From: Enoplolaimus lenunculus
Lineage: Eukaryota
Direction: 5' to 3'
NCBI GenBank assembly: GCA_030248215.1
Contig: JASANG010000440.1
Location: forward strand, 62,001 to 126,000
DNA: 64,000 nucleotides
The notes below the pieces were generated by a model. The model was not told where the DNA came from, did not search any database, and saw nothing but the letters and a program-made list of their open reading frames with translations. The translations under genes and the position numbers were made by a program. This document shows, in pieces, positions 39,183 through 51,530 of the stretch (position 1 is the stretch's first letter; each line of letters begins with the position of its first letter).

Positions 39183-39619
39183 TTAAGATTTAGTAGTAAA
39201 ATTGTGTTTGGCTTCTCGGACGCTTATCCTGATGCGGATTCCCTCCCCGTGTAAAGAAATTGCGTGTTTCCTCGTTGATTGTCGTTTTAGACAAACTGTT
39301 TCAATTATGATTTTTATTACATTTTTGCTGCCGTTGTGTTGCCTTTATATTTTCACGATGATGAACATTTTTCAGTTGCATCGGCGACCTTTTATTCAAT
39401 TATTAATGTGATTATTTTGAAGAATTTCTGCGAGATTTGCTTGTTTCTTATAAGCGAAAACTATGGATGATACTTTTTTATGCCAGGGTGAATACGATTG
39501 TTTATACATATACTCAGTGCACGTTTTAGACTTTTATATACTATACTCCACGGGCGGCAAAATACGGTATGGCTTGGAAAATGGGCAAGTCTGCCGAAAT
39601 CGGTCGGGATACAAACTTG

Positions 39620-39783
39620 GGTCCATGTATAGAACAGGGCCGGATCGTTTTTTTGCGGGGCTCTAATATAGTCAGCTTAAGCTTTACACTAATTTTTTGC
39701 TTTGGTATAGGCTTAAGCTTAGGTTTAGGCTTGGGATTAGGCTTATGCATAGGCATGTTCCGGCCCTGTTCTATACATTGACC
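39620..39783. mobile_element. Family A MITE, subtype 3 (GGTCCATGTATAGAACAGGGCCGGA)
   Basis: Perfect 8-bp TSD CAAACTTG. Confidence 0.9.
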
Positions 39784-39974
39784 CAAACTTGCAACAAATA
39801 ACTGTCTGTAGAGCTACGAAACTGGTTTCAGAGGTGGCGTAAAATTTTCCTAACGTAGACTTGTCTTATGCTGCCAAAAGAATGGTCGTCTACAAGGTCG
39901 AATATGTTCCCAGGAAAGTGACTCATTCCATTTACCCCACGTTGTTGAGGCCAACTGAACAAATAACAACAACT

Positions 39975-40237
39975 GTAATAGAGTCAGTTTAAGCTTTGGA
40001 CTAACTTTTTTGCTTGAGCTTAGGCTTCGACTTAGGCTTTCTTAGGAATACGCTCATCCTTGCGCTTAGGCTTAGGCTTAGGCTAAGGAATAGGCTCATC
40101 CTTATGCTTAGGCTTAGGCTTAGGCTTTGGCTTAGACTTAGGCTTAAGCTTAGGCGTAGGCTTAGGCTTAGGCTTAGGCTTAGGCTTGCTTAGGAATATG
40201 CTTATACTACGGTTCGGTCCTGTTCTATACATGGGCC
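39975..40237. repeat. Left-truncated family A MITE with the longest TTAGGC run (more copies at ~40532, 41074, 43126, 47885)
   Basis: ~40107-40190 is about 14 near-perfect TTAGGC units, ending in the family TIR CTATACATGGGCC. Confidence 0.85.
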
Positions 40238-41751
40238 TGTTTTGTTTATATATTTTAAATATAAAAGCTTAATCACAAAACCAGCTAATTTTCTTTCTAC
40301 AAAAAATTGCAATCATTCCTACGAGATGAAACTTATGACATTTTTAGAATAAAAAGTTGTTACACAAACGTTTGCGTGCCTAACGAGCAAATAAACCTAT
40401 TTTATCATATGATAACGTGACTTGGTGAAATGTATAATTTTAAGTTTCACATCTAAAATTAATTAACAAATCACTGTCGAAGGCCATAAAACAAGAAACT
40501 AGAGCCACTACGATCATTTCAATAATTTATGCGGCCCATGTTTACAGCAGGGCCGGAACAGGAGTATAAGCATATTCTTAAGCCTAAGCCTAAGCCTAAG
40601 CCTAAGCCTAAACCTAAGCAAATGGATGAGCCTATTCCTAAGCCTAAGCCTATAGCTCCTCCGGAACGCGCCTAATGGGCCTAAGCCTAGCCTAGCGGTA
40701 ACATGGCACAAATGATTAATTCGATCTTGTAACCAAAGTCAAGAAGGTAAATAGCGGCCACAGATTTAGGATAAATGGTAATTTTTGCCATGTCTGCCAA
40801 TGTTCCACTGAATGCCGAGTAAAATGCACTGGACTGGATAAAAATTAAATTCTCATTTGATATGTTTGGCTATCTTTGTAAGCACTGCCTTTATAACCCT
40901 TAGAGTCACGATCACATCGTAATTTTAGTATCGACCAAGGTTGTTTAATTAGAAAAGGCAACTAAAAATTGATTCTGTTTCTGGTTGGGTAATCAATTAT
41001 CGACATTGTTTTTAGCTTTTTATTAGCTTCAGAATCATAAATTTTTAACGGTTGCAGCTCTATCGATTGCTTGGCCAATGCAAAGATCAGGGGCGCAACG
41101 TTTTTCTGTAGGACTACAAAAGAGTAAGCATAAGGTTTAGACTAATTTTTGCTTGGCTTAAGCTTAAGCTTAGGCTTAGGAATATGCTCATACTTACGCT
41201 TAGGCTTAGGCTTACAAATAAACTCATTCTTACACTTTAAGGCTTCGGCATAGACTTAGGAATATGTTTATAATACTGTTCCGCCCGTATTCTTTACATT
41301 GACATTGCATTGAATGGCAAAGAATAAAAAATTTTAACTGAGGTTCGAATTTTTACGACGGCTCTCAAGATTTAGGGTGCATAACCCAGCTAAAGTTTTT
41401 GGTCATTGAGTATTTTTCTCGAGATGGGAAATGAAATATTCAAACAGCCTCATCAATTTTTTATGACAACTGTAATGTCGTGTTACATTAGTGCGTTCAT
41501 CCTGCAGACTGCTAACATTGGTTAAACTTGTCCTTAAAGCTGGTGCGAGGATTAGTAAATCACTGAAGTTGGTTCTTACTCATCTAAAGATATTAAAGTT
41601 AGAATAATTGTTTATGATTGATAAACCTGCATTTTTTACTTAGTCCTAAATTTAAACTTTCTCGATACAACCGATTAAGAAGCCAAACGCAATTTCAGTG
41701 CTAAACATTTACACAAAAATAATAATTTTAATTCATGTTAGGAATGCCTAA

Positions 41752-42025
41752 AGCCCTATTCACATGTGCAAGTTTTGTTGCGAGAACTTGAAGCTGCAAA
41801 TTGCACGCAGAACTTGCGTTTTTTCATCAGCCAATGAGAAAGCGGCTGCAATCGATTCAGTGAACTCGCATGGTTATTCACACATGTGAACTAAATTCCT
41901 AGCTATAATTTTAAAATGAAATATTTGCAGCTGCAAGTTTTCGAACGGAAATTTGGACAAAACTTGCAAATGCGGGTTGCAGCTGCAAGATCTCGCAGCA
42001 AAAACTCGCACGCGTGAATAGGGCT
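41752..42025. mobile_element. PIF/Harbinger (Tourist-like) MITE
   Basis: TIR AGCCCTATTCAC / GTGAATAGGGCT; TAA TSD. Confidence 0.85.
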
Positions 42026-42475
42026 TAAAACTGGCGTGAGTACCCTTGAATACGCCAGAGAGAGAACACTTGTGCCTAACTGTGGCATGAGTTATTGCAC
42101 AGCCATCAATTGCGAAATGCGAGAAAAGGCGTTATTAATTACTTTTTGCAATATCAGTTTGTAGCCTTTGAGTATGGATCAGACACCCAAGTGGTTTGAA
42201 ATTTGCAATTACGATTGTAAGAACCGCTACGTTCCTTCGCCAGCTGTTTGTGTTGCTCTGTGCACTAGTGGCTTGCCAACGAATCTCGATTCCTGGGGGT
42301 TGACTTCGAAAAAATGACTCGTTCTTAAGATGAAAAAAAGACAGATTATTAATGACGGCTTGAATTGTTACCTTAAAACATAACCGACAGTATTTTCGGC
42401 GCAATTTACAATTGAAAATTGGGATCGTTTATTGTGCTTTTGAGACTCCTGCTTACTAAATTTAGTTTAAAACTG

Positions 42476-42725
42476 TACTGTAGCGAACCGAATAACAGGG
42501 GGCTGATGTTTATTTGGCTTTGTCCAGAGGGTATCACCCTTTCATTTGGTTTATTATGGACTGTTATATATTATTAACCCACGCACCGCCACCCTTCGTT
42601 ACTGATATATCACGGTACTGCTACTTATCCGTTCCGTTGAATTAAACGTTTATTTGTCCTGTGTCAAGAACTTGAGCGATAATGCAAGGTTTATATTTAG
42701 AAATGTACTTTCAAAACTTCAAAAA
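42476..42725. mobile_element. TA-CTGTAG-ended repeat relic, Tc1/mariner/pogo-like (homologue 43825-43985; ends also at ~4039, 60230)
   Basis: Shared TACTGTAGYGAMCCGAATAA start and shared CGCCACCCTTCGTTACTGATATAT block. Confidence 0.55.
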
Positions 42726-45700
42726 TCGCGTCAAGATGTTTCCAGCAGGATGGTAACAAAAGTTCGCATTCATATACGGCAAATTAGCAATGGATTCAGA
42801 TTGGAATTTGGTCAAATCATGGATTCAGTGTCAGCTTGGTTTCGAGTTTCCCCTCAGATACACTCTCCTCTTTGCCAGCAATATCAATATCATCTACAGT
42901 TTGTGACTGTTTACCTTTTGTCTCAATAATTGAATTTCTGTCTTTACAAGCATCCTGTTCACATTTTCTGTTTATTCGTCAGCAACAAAAGTGACAGTTT
43001 GATACAAATTAAATTTTCAACGATTTTCCGCTTTGAAATACTTTGCGAAACGTTTTTAGTTCTTGTGTCAGTTCTGGCTTACGCTTAAGTTTTAGGTTTT
43101 AGTGTCATCGTTAGGCTGACTTTCAGGCAAATGTATAAAGCAGGGCCGGGACAGTGGTATAAGCATATTCCTAAGCCTAAAGTCTAAGCATAAGCCTAAG
43201 CGTATGAATGAGGGATGAGCCCATTCCTAAGCCTAAACCTAAGCAAAAAATTAGTCTAAAGCTTAAACTGGCTCTATTATAGCCCCTCCGGAAAACGATC
43301 CGGCCCTGTTCTATAAGTGGGCGAACTTTCACGTGCTGATATTCGCACATGTATTGATTTACTTTTGCTCTGTTTCGGCTTTATACTTTAAGCATTCGCG
43401 GACCACTGGCTAAAGACGAAGCCTAAAATGAGAGAGACAGAGGACGAATGGTGGATCCTAGAAAATATTGGCATTTCGAGAACATTTTCAACCTTGCTGG
43501 TATTCAAGTCATCTGAGGTCCCTACGTATTTATCCATGAAAATTGTATGGTACCCTTAAGCATATTGAAGTGGCACAGGCCCGTAGTTCCGATTCAAGGT
43601 ACATCGTTTAGGTATTAATCGTATTTCGGGGTCAACTTTAACTTTACTGTGTTTGGCATTTACCATTATGCATGAAAGCTCTTTCAGTGTTCATACAAGA
43701 GTTCGATCTGGGTAAGGATTTTTTGACCTGACCCACGCAGATAATAACTGAGTACCCGCAGGCATAGCGGATAGTTTCATAAGTCATTGATTAAAACAGG
43801 AAAATAACACTGCTCATTATAGAGTACTGTAGTGACCCGAATAAGCGGAGGAACTGATCCGCCACCCTTCGTTACTGATATATTCGGCGCTGCAATTATC
43901 CGTTGACGTAAATTTGTCTTGTATCAAAAGCTTGAGCGATAATGCAAAGTTATTCTTTGGAATGTACCATCAAAACTTAAGTATGCTTTAAAGTTTCGAA
44001 CTCAAAATTATTTGGGCCTGGAGTTATGCACTACAATCACTACAAATTTTGACAATTGACATTTATGGACTCTAATTAGGGTTTACAGACTCTATTAACC
44101 GCTAGCGGACTGTTATTAGGAATACGAAGTCCTACTGATAGGGACTCAAAATGGGGACCCCTCTTAACTAAATTAACTTTTGATGGTTGGTTTTGACAAA
44201 TACTAATCATTGTCAGCCTCTTGGTATTGAACTTTAACCGCGAGTTGATCCACGTCTGAAATGTTTTAGCCGACCCTTGTTGACCACCGGGTATCTCGCA
44301 TATCCTTGTATTTAGTGCCGCTCTGATTCTCGCCCAGGGTCGTCGTATGAAAAAGAAATACTTGCAAATATACACATTTTCCAAAATTTATTAAGACCAG
44401 GGCCGGAGCAGCCACCCCCATACCCCCATTTTGCAGGGGGGTCACGTCAAAAAGGGCTCATATTCTAAGAAGATTTTAAACATAAAGTTTGTAAAATATT
44501 TGAATTATCGCAAAGGGGCCCCACCCGTTGCCTGATCCGGCACTTTTCTTTTAGGCAAACAGCCGGACGGCCTTGGAATGAAAACGTGGACGTCTGTGAG
44601 CCAAAATCCGTTTATGCAAATTTCAATTGCTCTACTAAGCGACAGTTGGTTATTATCACAACTGGGCTGACTTCTTAGTAGCATAAAAACAAATCAGTTA
44701 ATTTCTTTATTCTGATTTGTGCTTTTCACAAGCTGGTTCACCTGTTTCTAATTGAGGTTGGAAACAATTTGCCACAATACGTATCATCGTTGCAACCAGA
44801 GTGTAAACGGATAGTAAAAATAACGGAAACGGAAAATGGATATTGAAGTAGAAAACTTTTTCAAAAATGTTTTATTTTCCTGCCAATCCAATTGAGGCGT
44901 GCATATATTCACCGGTTTTTCAAATGTATTAAAGCAAAAATGGCGAACGTACCGAAATGTTTGTCTTTGCGGGTGGATTTCGGTATTCTCATTTCAAACA
45001 ATTGTAGCATATCTGTAGAGAAAAATTGCGATGTATCAACTCGTAAATGCCACCTGGTGTACGCAAGTGATTGGCAAATTTTGGATTACATCTGTGTTTC
45101 TACGTAATTGCTTGTGGGTTAATAAACCAGCTGCATTGACTGCATTGTCGACGCAATAATTTTGTCAAAAAATATTAATTTTTCGCTGACAAAAAAATTT
45201 TGACAACTTTTATTTAATCTCGTTTCAAATGCGCTTATAAGTGTAAATTGTAAGCAAAATGTGCAAACAACTCAAAATCAAAGAGAACGTCTAAGCGAAT
45301 GATCGGTTCTGGTCAGAGTAAACCCTGTAGAGACCAAAGAATAAGTATTTAAACCAAAAAAATTCAACTAAGCTTGAGTCATTTAAGTTTGGGCACCGGT
45401 AATAAATAATTATTTTTTGATGTAGTTGGCTTAAACCCGCGGTTTCAGGTTGCTAATACATTCACCGTCCGGCTTAATAGCGACCTGTACCAAGACCGTA
45501 AGTGTTGTAAAATCTATGGTAGGGGTTGAACATTTTGACACATTTACACAGTAAAACTGGTTACAGATGCCCAGAACCTAGTAAACTTCACTATGACAAA
45601 TGTTGTTGATGGAGAAAATTACTTGGAAACCGAATGGGGTTTTGATCCTCGAAAGCTACGACCCTTCAGGGTGTTTTCAGCAATGCTGTACTGGTTTTAT

Positions 45701-46014
45701 TATATGCAGTAGTTTCCATTACTGCGACTGGTTGATTTTTAGATTGGAGAAACAGGTATCGCTTGGTATTTGAAATGATTTTATGGCTGACGCACAGGAA
45801 ATAATCAAAGTACAACTTGGTTTATTAGCTAAGGAGTTGCACTTACCGTAGGGAAACCAGAAAACGCCTTAAAACAGAAAAGTTATAAATTTAGTATACG
45901 GTACTTGTCAGACGCAGCGGGTCGATCCAGGTCCGATACTGCAAGATTTCCGTATGCGACTGAACGGTAAAAATTATATCATTAATATTGTCAAAACGGG
46001 TCTCGCCTCTTTAA

Positions 46015-46289
46015 AGGCCTATTCACGCGTGCAAGCTTTTGCTGCGAAAACTTGCAGCTGCAATTTGCACTTGCAAGTTTTGTTCAAAATCCCGCTCGAA
46101 AAACGTGCAGCTGCAAATAATTCATTAAAAATCATGGCTAGTAATTTAGGTCACATGTGTGAATAAACATGCAATTTCAATCAATTTATTGCACCTGCTT
46201 TCTCATTCGCTGATTAAAAAATACAAGTTCTGCGCGCAATTTCCAGCTGCAACTTCTCGCAGCAAAAACTTGCACGTGTGAATAAGGCT
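46015..46289. mobile_element. PIF/Harbinger MITE, inverted copy of 41752-42025
   Basis: Same TIR type, TAA TSD, reverse-complement homology. Confidence 0.85.
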
Positions 46290-47059
46290 TAAAACAGTTT
46301 TAGATTAATTTGAAATTAGTCAAAATGTTAATTAAAATCAACACCAATGCTGTGATGCGCAAAAACCTGTTAAGTGTATTTCCTGTCCTAACAAAATTTC
46401 GACTGCGTTCTTGAGTCCACGTAAATCTTTGTCGTAAACCTGAACAATCCCTGGCGTTAAATCATTATTTTCCTGCTGCCCGTGTAGCGAATTTTACCTC
46501 AGTTTGTCTAAGCTTTTACGTTTAAACTCTCCAGGGTACTTTGGCCAAATACCGCCTCGGGTTTAGAGATTGCGAACAATGTCGGTTTCAAGTTACCTTT
46601 AATTTTATTAACAGCTGTTTTCATGAAACCGTTTTCGATGGCTAAATTGACAAATCATTTAATGGTTCAGCTCGAATTAAGACTGCTTAAGTTAATGTAA
46701 TTCAAGAATGTTTTGCATTTTGAACCGACTCTTTTTAAATTTGAAATTTTCTCAAATAAATGTATTTTAAACTTTATTTGCCGTCTGTATAAGAAAGTGA
46801 TTTTTGGTGACGTATTCGATATATACAGGAATATACGTAGTAGGCTTAACAAACCAAAAAAATGCCAGGCCAGTTTCAAACTGCAGCATTTGTGCCATGA
46901 ATTTTGCCTGTGAGATGGTTACAAATAAAGATTAGGGACTACAAACTGTCGCTCTAAACACATTTTTCACTGAATAATGGTTCATTTTGAGTTGAGATTA
47001 TTTGAAAACGGCTTTTGAAGACCTGTTAGAGTTTATATGAATTTTTAGCAGATTTGATA

Positions 47060-47268
47060 CACTGCAAAAAGTGATAAGTCAAATTGGCTGTCTTCAAAAT
47101 ACGCTTTTCCCCACTACACAAACTGAGTCAAATTCGAGTCCGCCCGAGTCAAACGTGCGGTTAAGTGAGTCGAAATTGACTCTGGCGGAGTCGAGTTCAA
47201 CTCTGTTTGTGTAGTTCCGTAGAGCCTATTTCGGAGAGAGTCAATTTGACTCAATATTTTTTGTAGAG
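47060..47268. mobile_element. Family B MITE
   Basis: Homologous, more diverged palindrome. Confidence 0.82.
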
Positions 47269-48426
47269 CACGTTTTCAATTTAATTGTACAGTTTGTACC
47301 TGACAATCAAAAGACACATCTTATGAAAAACTGAAGAAGTAGATTGAAGTAAAGAGTAACAGAAATTGTGTCAAAAACATAAATCGTTTTGAAAACAAAA
47401 CGGTCGGATTGATGCTCAATGACGTTTTGTCATACGATGGCGACCAATCAGGCACTAGCGAGTCCAGAGGGTCGGTGGCGGGAGTACACCCCCGTCAGAA
47501 AATTTTTTAGTAATAAAAAGGTAAGGTCCCTGTGTATCATAACATTTTCTAACCCGCCCCCGTCAGAAAATTCTGAATCCGCCGCTGTAATCAGGATGGC
47601 TCAACTTTGCCGATTTTGGCTGAAGATTTTCAGTCAGCTTCTGATACGTTGAGCTGGCTATGAATGATAAATCTAGTAGTCTTGGGCTCGCAACTCCTGT
47701 TTTGTTTGGCATATATGTTGAATGGAGGTAAATATTTACTTTTACCAATTATATGTATGTTGCGCTTCTAGGCAGTTGCGTTCCGTTTTGACGTAGTCGG
47801 TTGAAACGCAAATATGTGCAAATTTCCATTGTTTTTACATAAGCAAAACTTTTAAGCAAAACAAACGAACCCGCTTGGACTAAAATTGTAATGTTTCGAA
47901 CCCTGTACAGAGGCGTAACAGCATTATATGAGCATATTCCTAAGCCTTAGCCTAAGCCTAAACCTAAGCGTAAGAATGAGCATATTTGTATGCCTAAGCT
48001 TAACCTAAGCCTAAGCCAAGCGAAAAACTTAGTCCAAAGTTCAAAGCTTACTCTGTTGCAGTCCCACAGAAAAACGTTTCTCCCCTGATTTTTCCATGGG
48101 TTAAACTATTAAACGAAAATTACTTGTTTGACGGCTTTGTCAGATTTGTCTACAGTAAATTTGGTTTTGCTACATTATCTGTTAATTAGGTTGCCTTAAA
48201 CAAAATGGTCTCATATTCTAGTTGGTAAGCGTTTCAGCAATTAACTGAATCTATAAAAATCAACCATAACAATTAACCATCAACTAAAAACAGTAATTCT
48301 AACGAACCACATCGTTTCTATTGACAACTGTCGCCAATTAACCAATGAGCGCATTCTATGCGCCGTTTGCGTCCAGTTTTCTAACCAATAAGATAAGCTT
48401 ATCATTGTGAATCCTTCGATCACAAA

Positions 48427-48832
48427 ATGAACTCGTCTCAGTGGTTCATTGACACATTATTAGCCAATCAGGTTACGCTGCCTTCAACAACATTACATCT
48501 GATGCAATGGCAAATAATCAATCAAAATTCGTCTCAGATATTTTACACTTCAAACCGAACGCAATGTTTGCCTCATTTGGACGCACTGAATCAAATTGTA
48601 ATGGTCGTCTATGCAACAATATTTATTCTGTCAGTTTGTGGAAATGCACTTGTAATATTTGTTATTTTAAGAACGCCATCCCTGCGAAGTGTCACAAATA
48701 TGTTTCTGGTTAATTTAGCAGTTGCCGATCTGTTGCTCAGTGTTGTATGTTTGCCAACAACGCTTGTTTCACTTGTATTTCGATGCTTCTTTTTTGGTCC
48801 AATTATGTGTCATGTCATATCGTATTTGCAAC
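48427..48832 (+). CDS. Gene C exon 1: cholecystokinin/sulfakinin-like class A GPCR (N-terminus, TM1-TM3 start)
   Basis: GN in TM1, VTNMFLVNLAVADLL in TM2, FFFG..MC..ISYLQ. Donor AC|GTAAGT, phase 1. Confidence 0.93.
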
Positions 48833-49641
48833 GTAAGTTGTCACAAGTTGTATTTTTAGAATATTGTCCAAATGATATATGAATAGGTAGGCCAGTTTAA
48901 GCAAATATATTGATATATAAACACGGATTATTTAATTTTTGCGTCGTCCACAATTATTTGGGTACGGGGCGTGGAATTTCACATCAACCGTAAACGGTTG
49001 CCATCTACTATACAACGGATGGCTGTTAGTTGTACTATTTTTAAAAAATTTTGAAATTTTTAAAATTTCAATAAACGATTGCTATTTTTTGCCTAGCTAG
49101 CGTCTACGCCTGCTGTAAATTTGAAAAAGGGCAATCGTTCTTTATGGTACTAACAAAATGTGAGATATCCGTCTAAAGCGTGTTTTTAAAATTATAGCAG
49201 CCGTCTACGGATGCGCTAGCTTAAGGTACTGCAGTTGTCGATGAGAATTTTCAACAAAACAGCTTAGATGCTTGCCCTTAGCAAATTAAATATAGCAGCA
49301 GTCGATGAGAATTTCAGCAAATACAACAACCGTCTACGGCTTCACGATTCGCAAACTGGAAATTTTCTATGTCTTGTTTTTTCGCAGATTCAAAAAAGGT
49401 TGGACTGTGTAATTTCTGAAAAGCGGATTGCACTAGAAAACTGACGAGCAAAAAGAGCGAGAAACTGAATGTCTTCGGGCGAGTACAAAACACTTTGTTT
49501 GCCTAGGCCAGTTTGGCATTTTTTATGGACCTTCATAGCTTAAGCCTAAGCCTAAGCCATAACGTAAAGAATGAGTTATTCCTAAGCCTAACCCTAACCC
49601 TAAGCATAAGTCAACCAAAAAAGATCGACTATAAAGCTTTT

Positions 49642-49811
49642 GGCCAATGTTACTTTTAGGGACGTAACAGTAGATTAAGAATATAAGCGTTGCAAAAACG
49701 TGTTCCTTTAAGCCTAAGCGTAAGTCTTAAAACAAAAAATAATCAAAAATCTAAAGCTACTCTTTTATGGACCCACCAAAGTCCTGGACGCTCCTTAAAG
49801 TAACATGGGCC
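49642..49811. mobile_element. Family A MITE, subtype 2, nested in GPCR intron 1 (others at 50146, 50756, 51154, 51527)
   Basis: Perfect 8-bp TSD AAGCTTTT. Confidence 0.9.
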
Positions 49812-50738
49812 AAGCTTTTAAAAACCAGCTTTATTTTTGCTTTTTACCGGCAGTTATTAGTGGCAGGGAAAAATTGCACAGTATAGGGCCGTGTTAAAAT
49901 TTTAAGCACATTCCTATAAAAACAAGCCTAAGCGCTCCATTGCAAAGTGTTTTTCAAAGCCTACACACAAATACAATTCAGACTATTTTTTGAAAAATGC
50001 CGGTATATAGGCTTTAAATTTAGGCTTAGAATTTATACGCTGGTAAACAACGGCCCTAAAGCGTATTTGGTAGTAGGTTTTTTCAACTTTCAATGCGCTC
50101 TTATAGCGCTATGAGGCTTTTATGCAGCATTATATATAATAATATAGGCCCATGTTAAGGGGTGTCCGGTTTACTGTTGGGTATATAAAAGAGCAGGTTT
50201 AAATTCTAGATTACATTTTTTTGCTTAGGCTTAGGCTTCGGAACACATTTTTGCAACGCTTGGACTTAGGCTTAGGCTTAGGAATACGCATATTTTTACT
50301 GTTACGCCCCTTAACATTGGCCTATATAATATATAAGCAGTACGAAAAGATCGCACCCTATCGAATATCATTTTAAATCATTGTCACCGTCTTGTGCCGT
50401 ATATATTTTTTGTTTTTTGCAGTCTGTGCAATTTGAATACTTTAATCTGTGCAGGAGTGTATGGTTATTGGCTTTGTTTTGTATCAGGGCCTGAAAATGG
50501 TATAAGACCCGGGCGTCAGATGAACAAACATTGCTATTTCTTACGGTTCACAGTTACGGATAGCACTCTAAACCGCAGCGGAGCCCTTGAATCCGGACCT
50601 GACGTGTTATTTCATATATATTTTGTATTTTAAAGCGTTGGTTTTTCACATTTTGTAAAGCGTTGTTGCTTTGCGTTTTCGTTTAATTTTTCTGTTTGGT
50701 GCAAAATTAAAAAACGCCAGTGTGTTTTTAAAAACTGG

Positions 50739-51530
50739 GGTAGTAGTTCAAATACCGGCAAATGTATAAAAGAGGGGCGGAACATTTTTTGTGGTAGTTT
50801 ATGCTTTAGACTAATTTTTCTTGCTGGGCTTAGGCTTAGGCAATTTTCTTGCTTGGCTTAGGGTAGGCTTAAGCTCGTTCTTGCACTTAGGCTTAGGCTA
50901 AGGCTTAAAGGAAAATGCTTTATACGGTTCCGCCCCAGTTCTTTGCCCAAACATCGTGTATATTCTTTACGTCTACGTTTTCAGTCCCACCAAAAAGTAG
51001 GATGACCCTAAGAGCCAAAAACATGGACCGGTGCAACACCCAACCAGTGTAGGCTGCATACCTCCTGTTTCCCAGCGACCACGGGAGGCCAAACGGGGCC
51101 GTAATAGCTATAAAATTGCAAGCTTCGGCGGCCTGGGGCAGTAGTTCAAACACCGGCAAATAGATGGGCAGAACAGTTTTCTGTGGAAGTTTTAAGCTTT
51201 AAAGAAATTTTTATTGCTTGGCTTAGGCTTAGGCAATTTGTCTTGCTTGGCTTAGGCTTAGGCAAGCTCGTTCTAGCACTTAGGTTTAGGCTTACGCTTA
51301 AAGGAAAACGCTTTATACGGTTCCGCCCCAGTTCTTTGCCCAAACATCGTGTATTACGCCTACTTTTTCAGTCCCACCAAAAAGTAGGATGGCCCTAAAA
51401 GCCAAAATCATGGACCGGTGCAACACCCAACCAGTGTAGGCTGCATACCTACTGTTTCCCAGCGACCACGGGAGGCCAAACGGGGCCGTATGTATTATAA
51501 TAGCTAATAAAAATTGCAAGCTTCGGCGGC
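50739..51530. repeat. ~398-bp tandem duplication (family A MITE plus GC-rich flank)
   Basis: GG(T/C)AGTAGTTCAAA(T/C)ACCGGCAAAT at 50739 and 51137; the downstream blocks are near-identical. Confidence 0.88.

Noticed and set aside
40100..40195. Possible true telomere or chromosome-fusion scar
   Set aside because: Short, degenerate, and bounded by family A MITE sequence and TIR; unique DNA continues on both sides.
45542..45712. Coding-looking frame (IYTVKLVTDAQN...ETEWGFDPRKLRPF)
   Set aside because: Bounded by stops, with no clear splice partners and no recognisable motif.
49441..49468. Hammerhead core-like CTGACGA...GAAA
   Set aside because: Stem II is only 2 bp, the GAAA is misplaced and there are no flanking stems.
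51020..51110. HDV-like ribozyme on the minus strand (GGCC-TCCCGT-GGTC-GCTGGGAAAC), duplicated at ~51410-51490
   Set aside because: A P3/L3-like hairpin is present, but I could not find matching P1 and P2 strands or a J4/2 element by eye. An RNArobo/Infernal search would be decisive.
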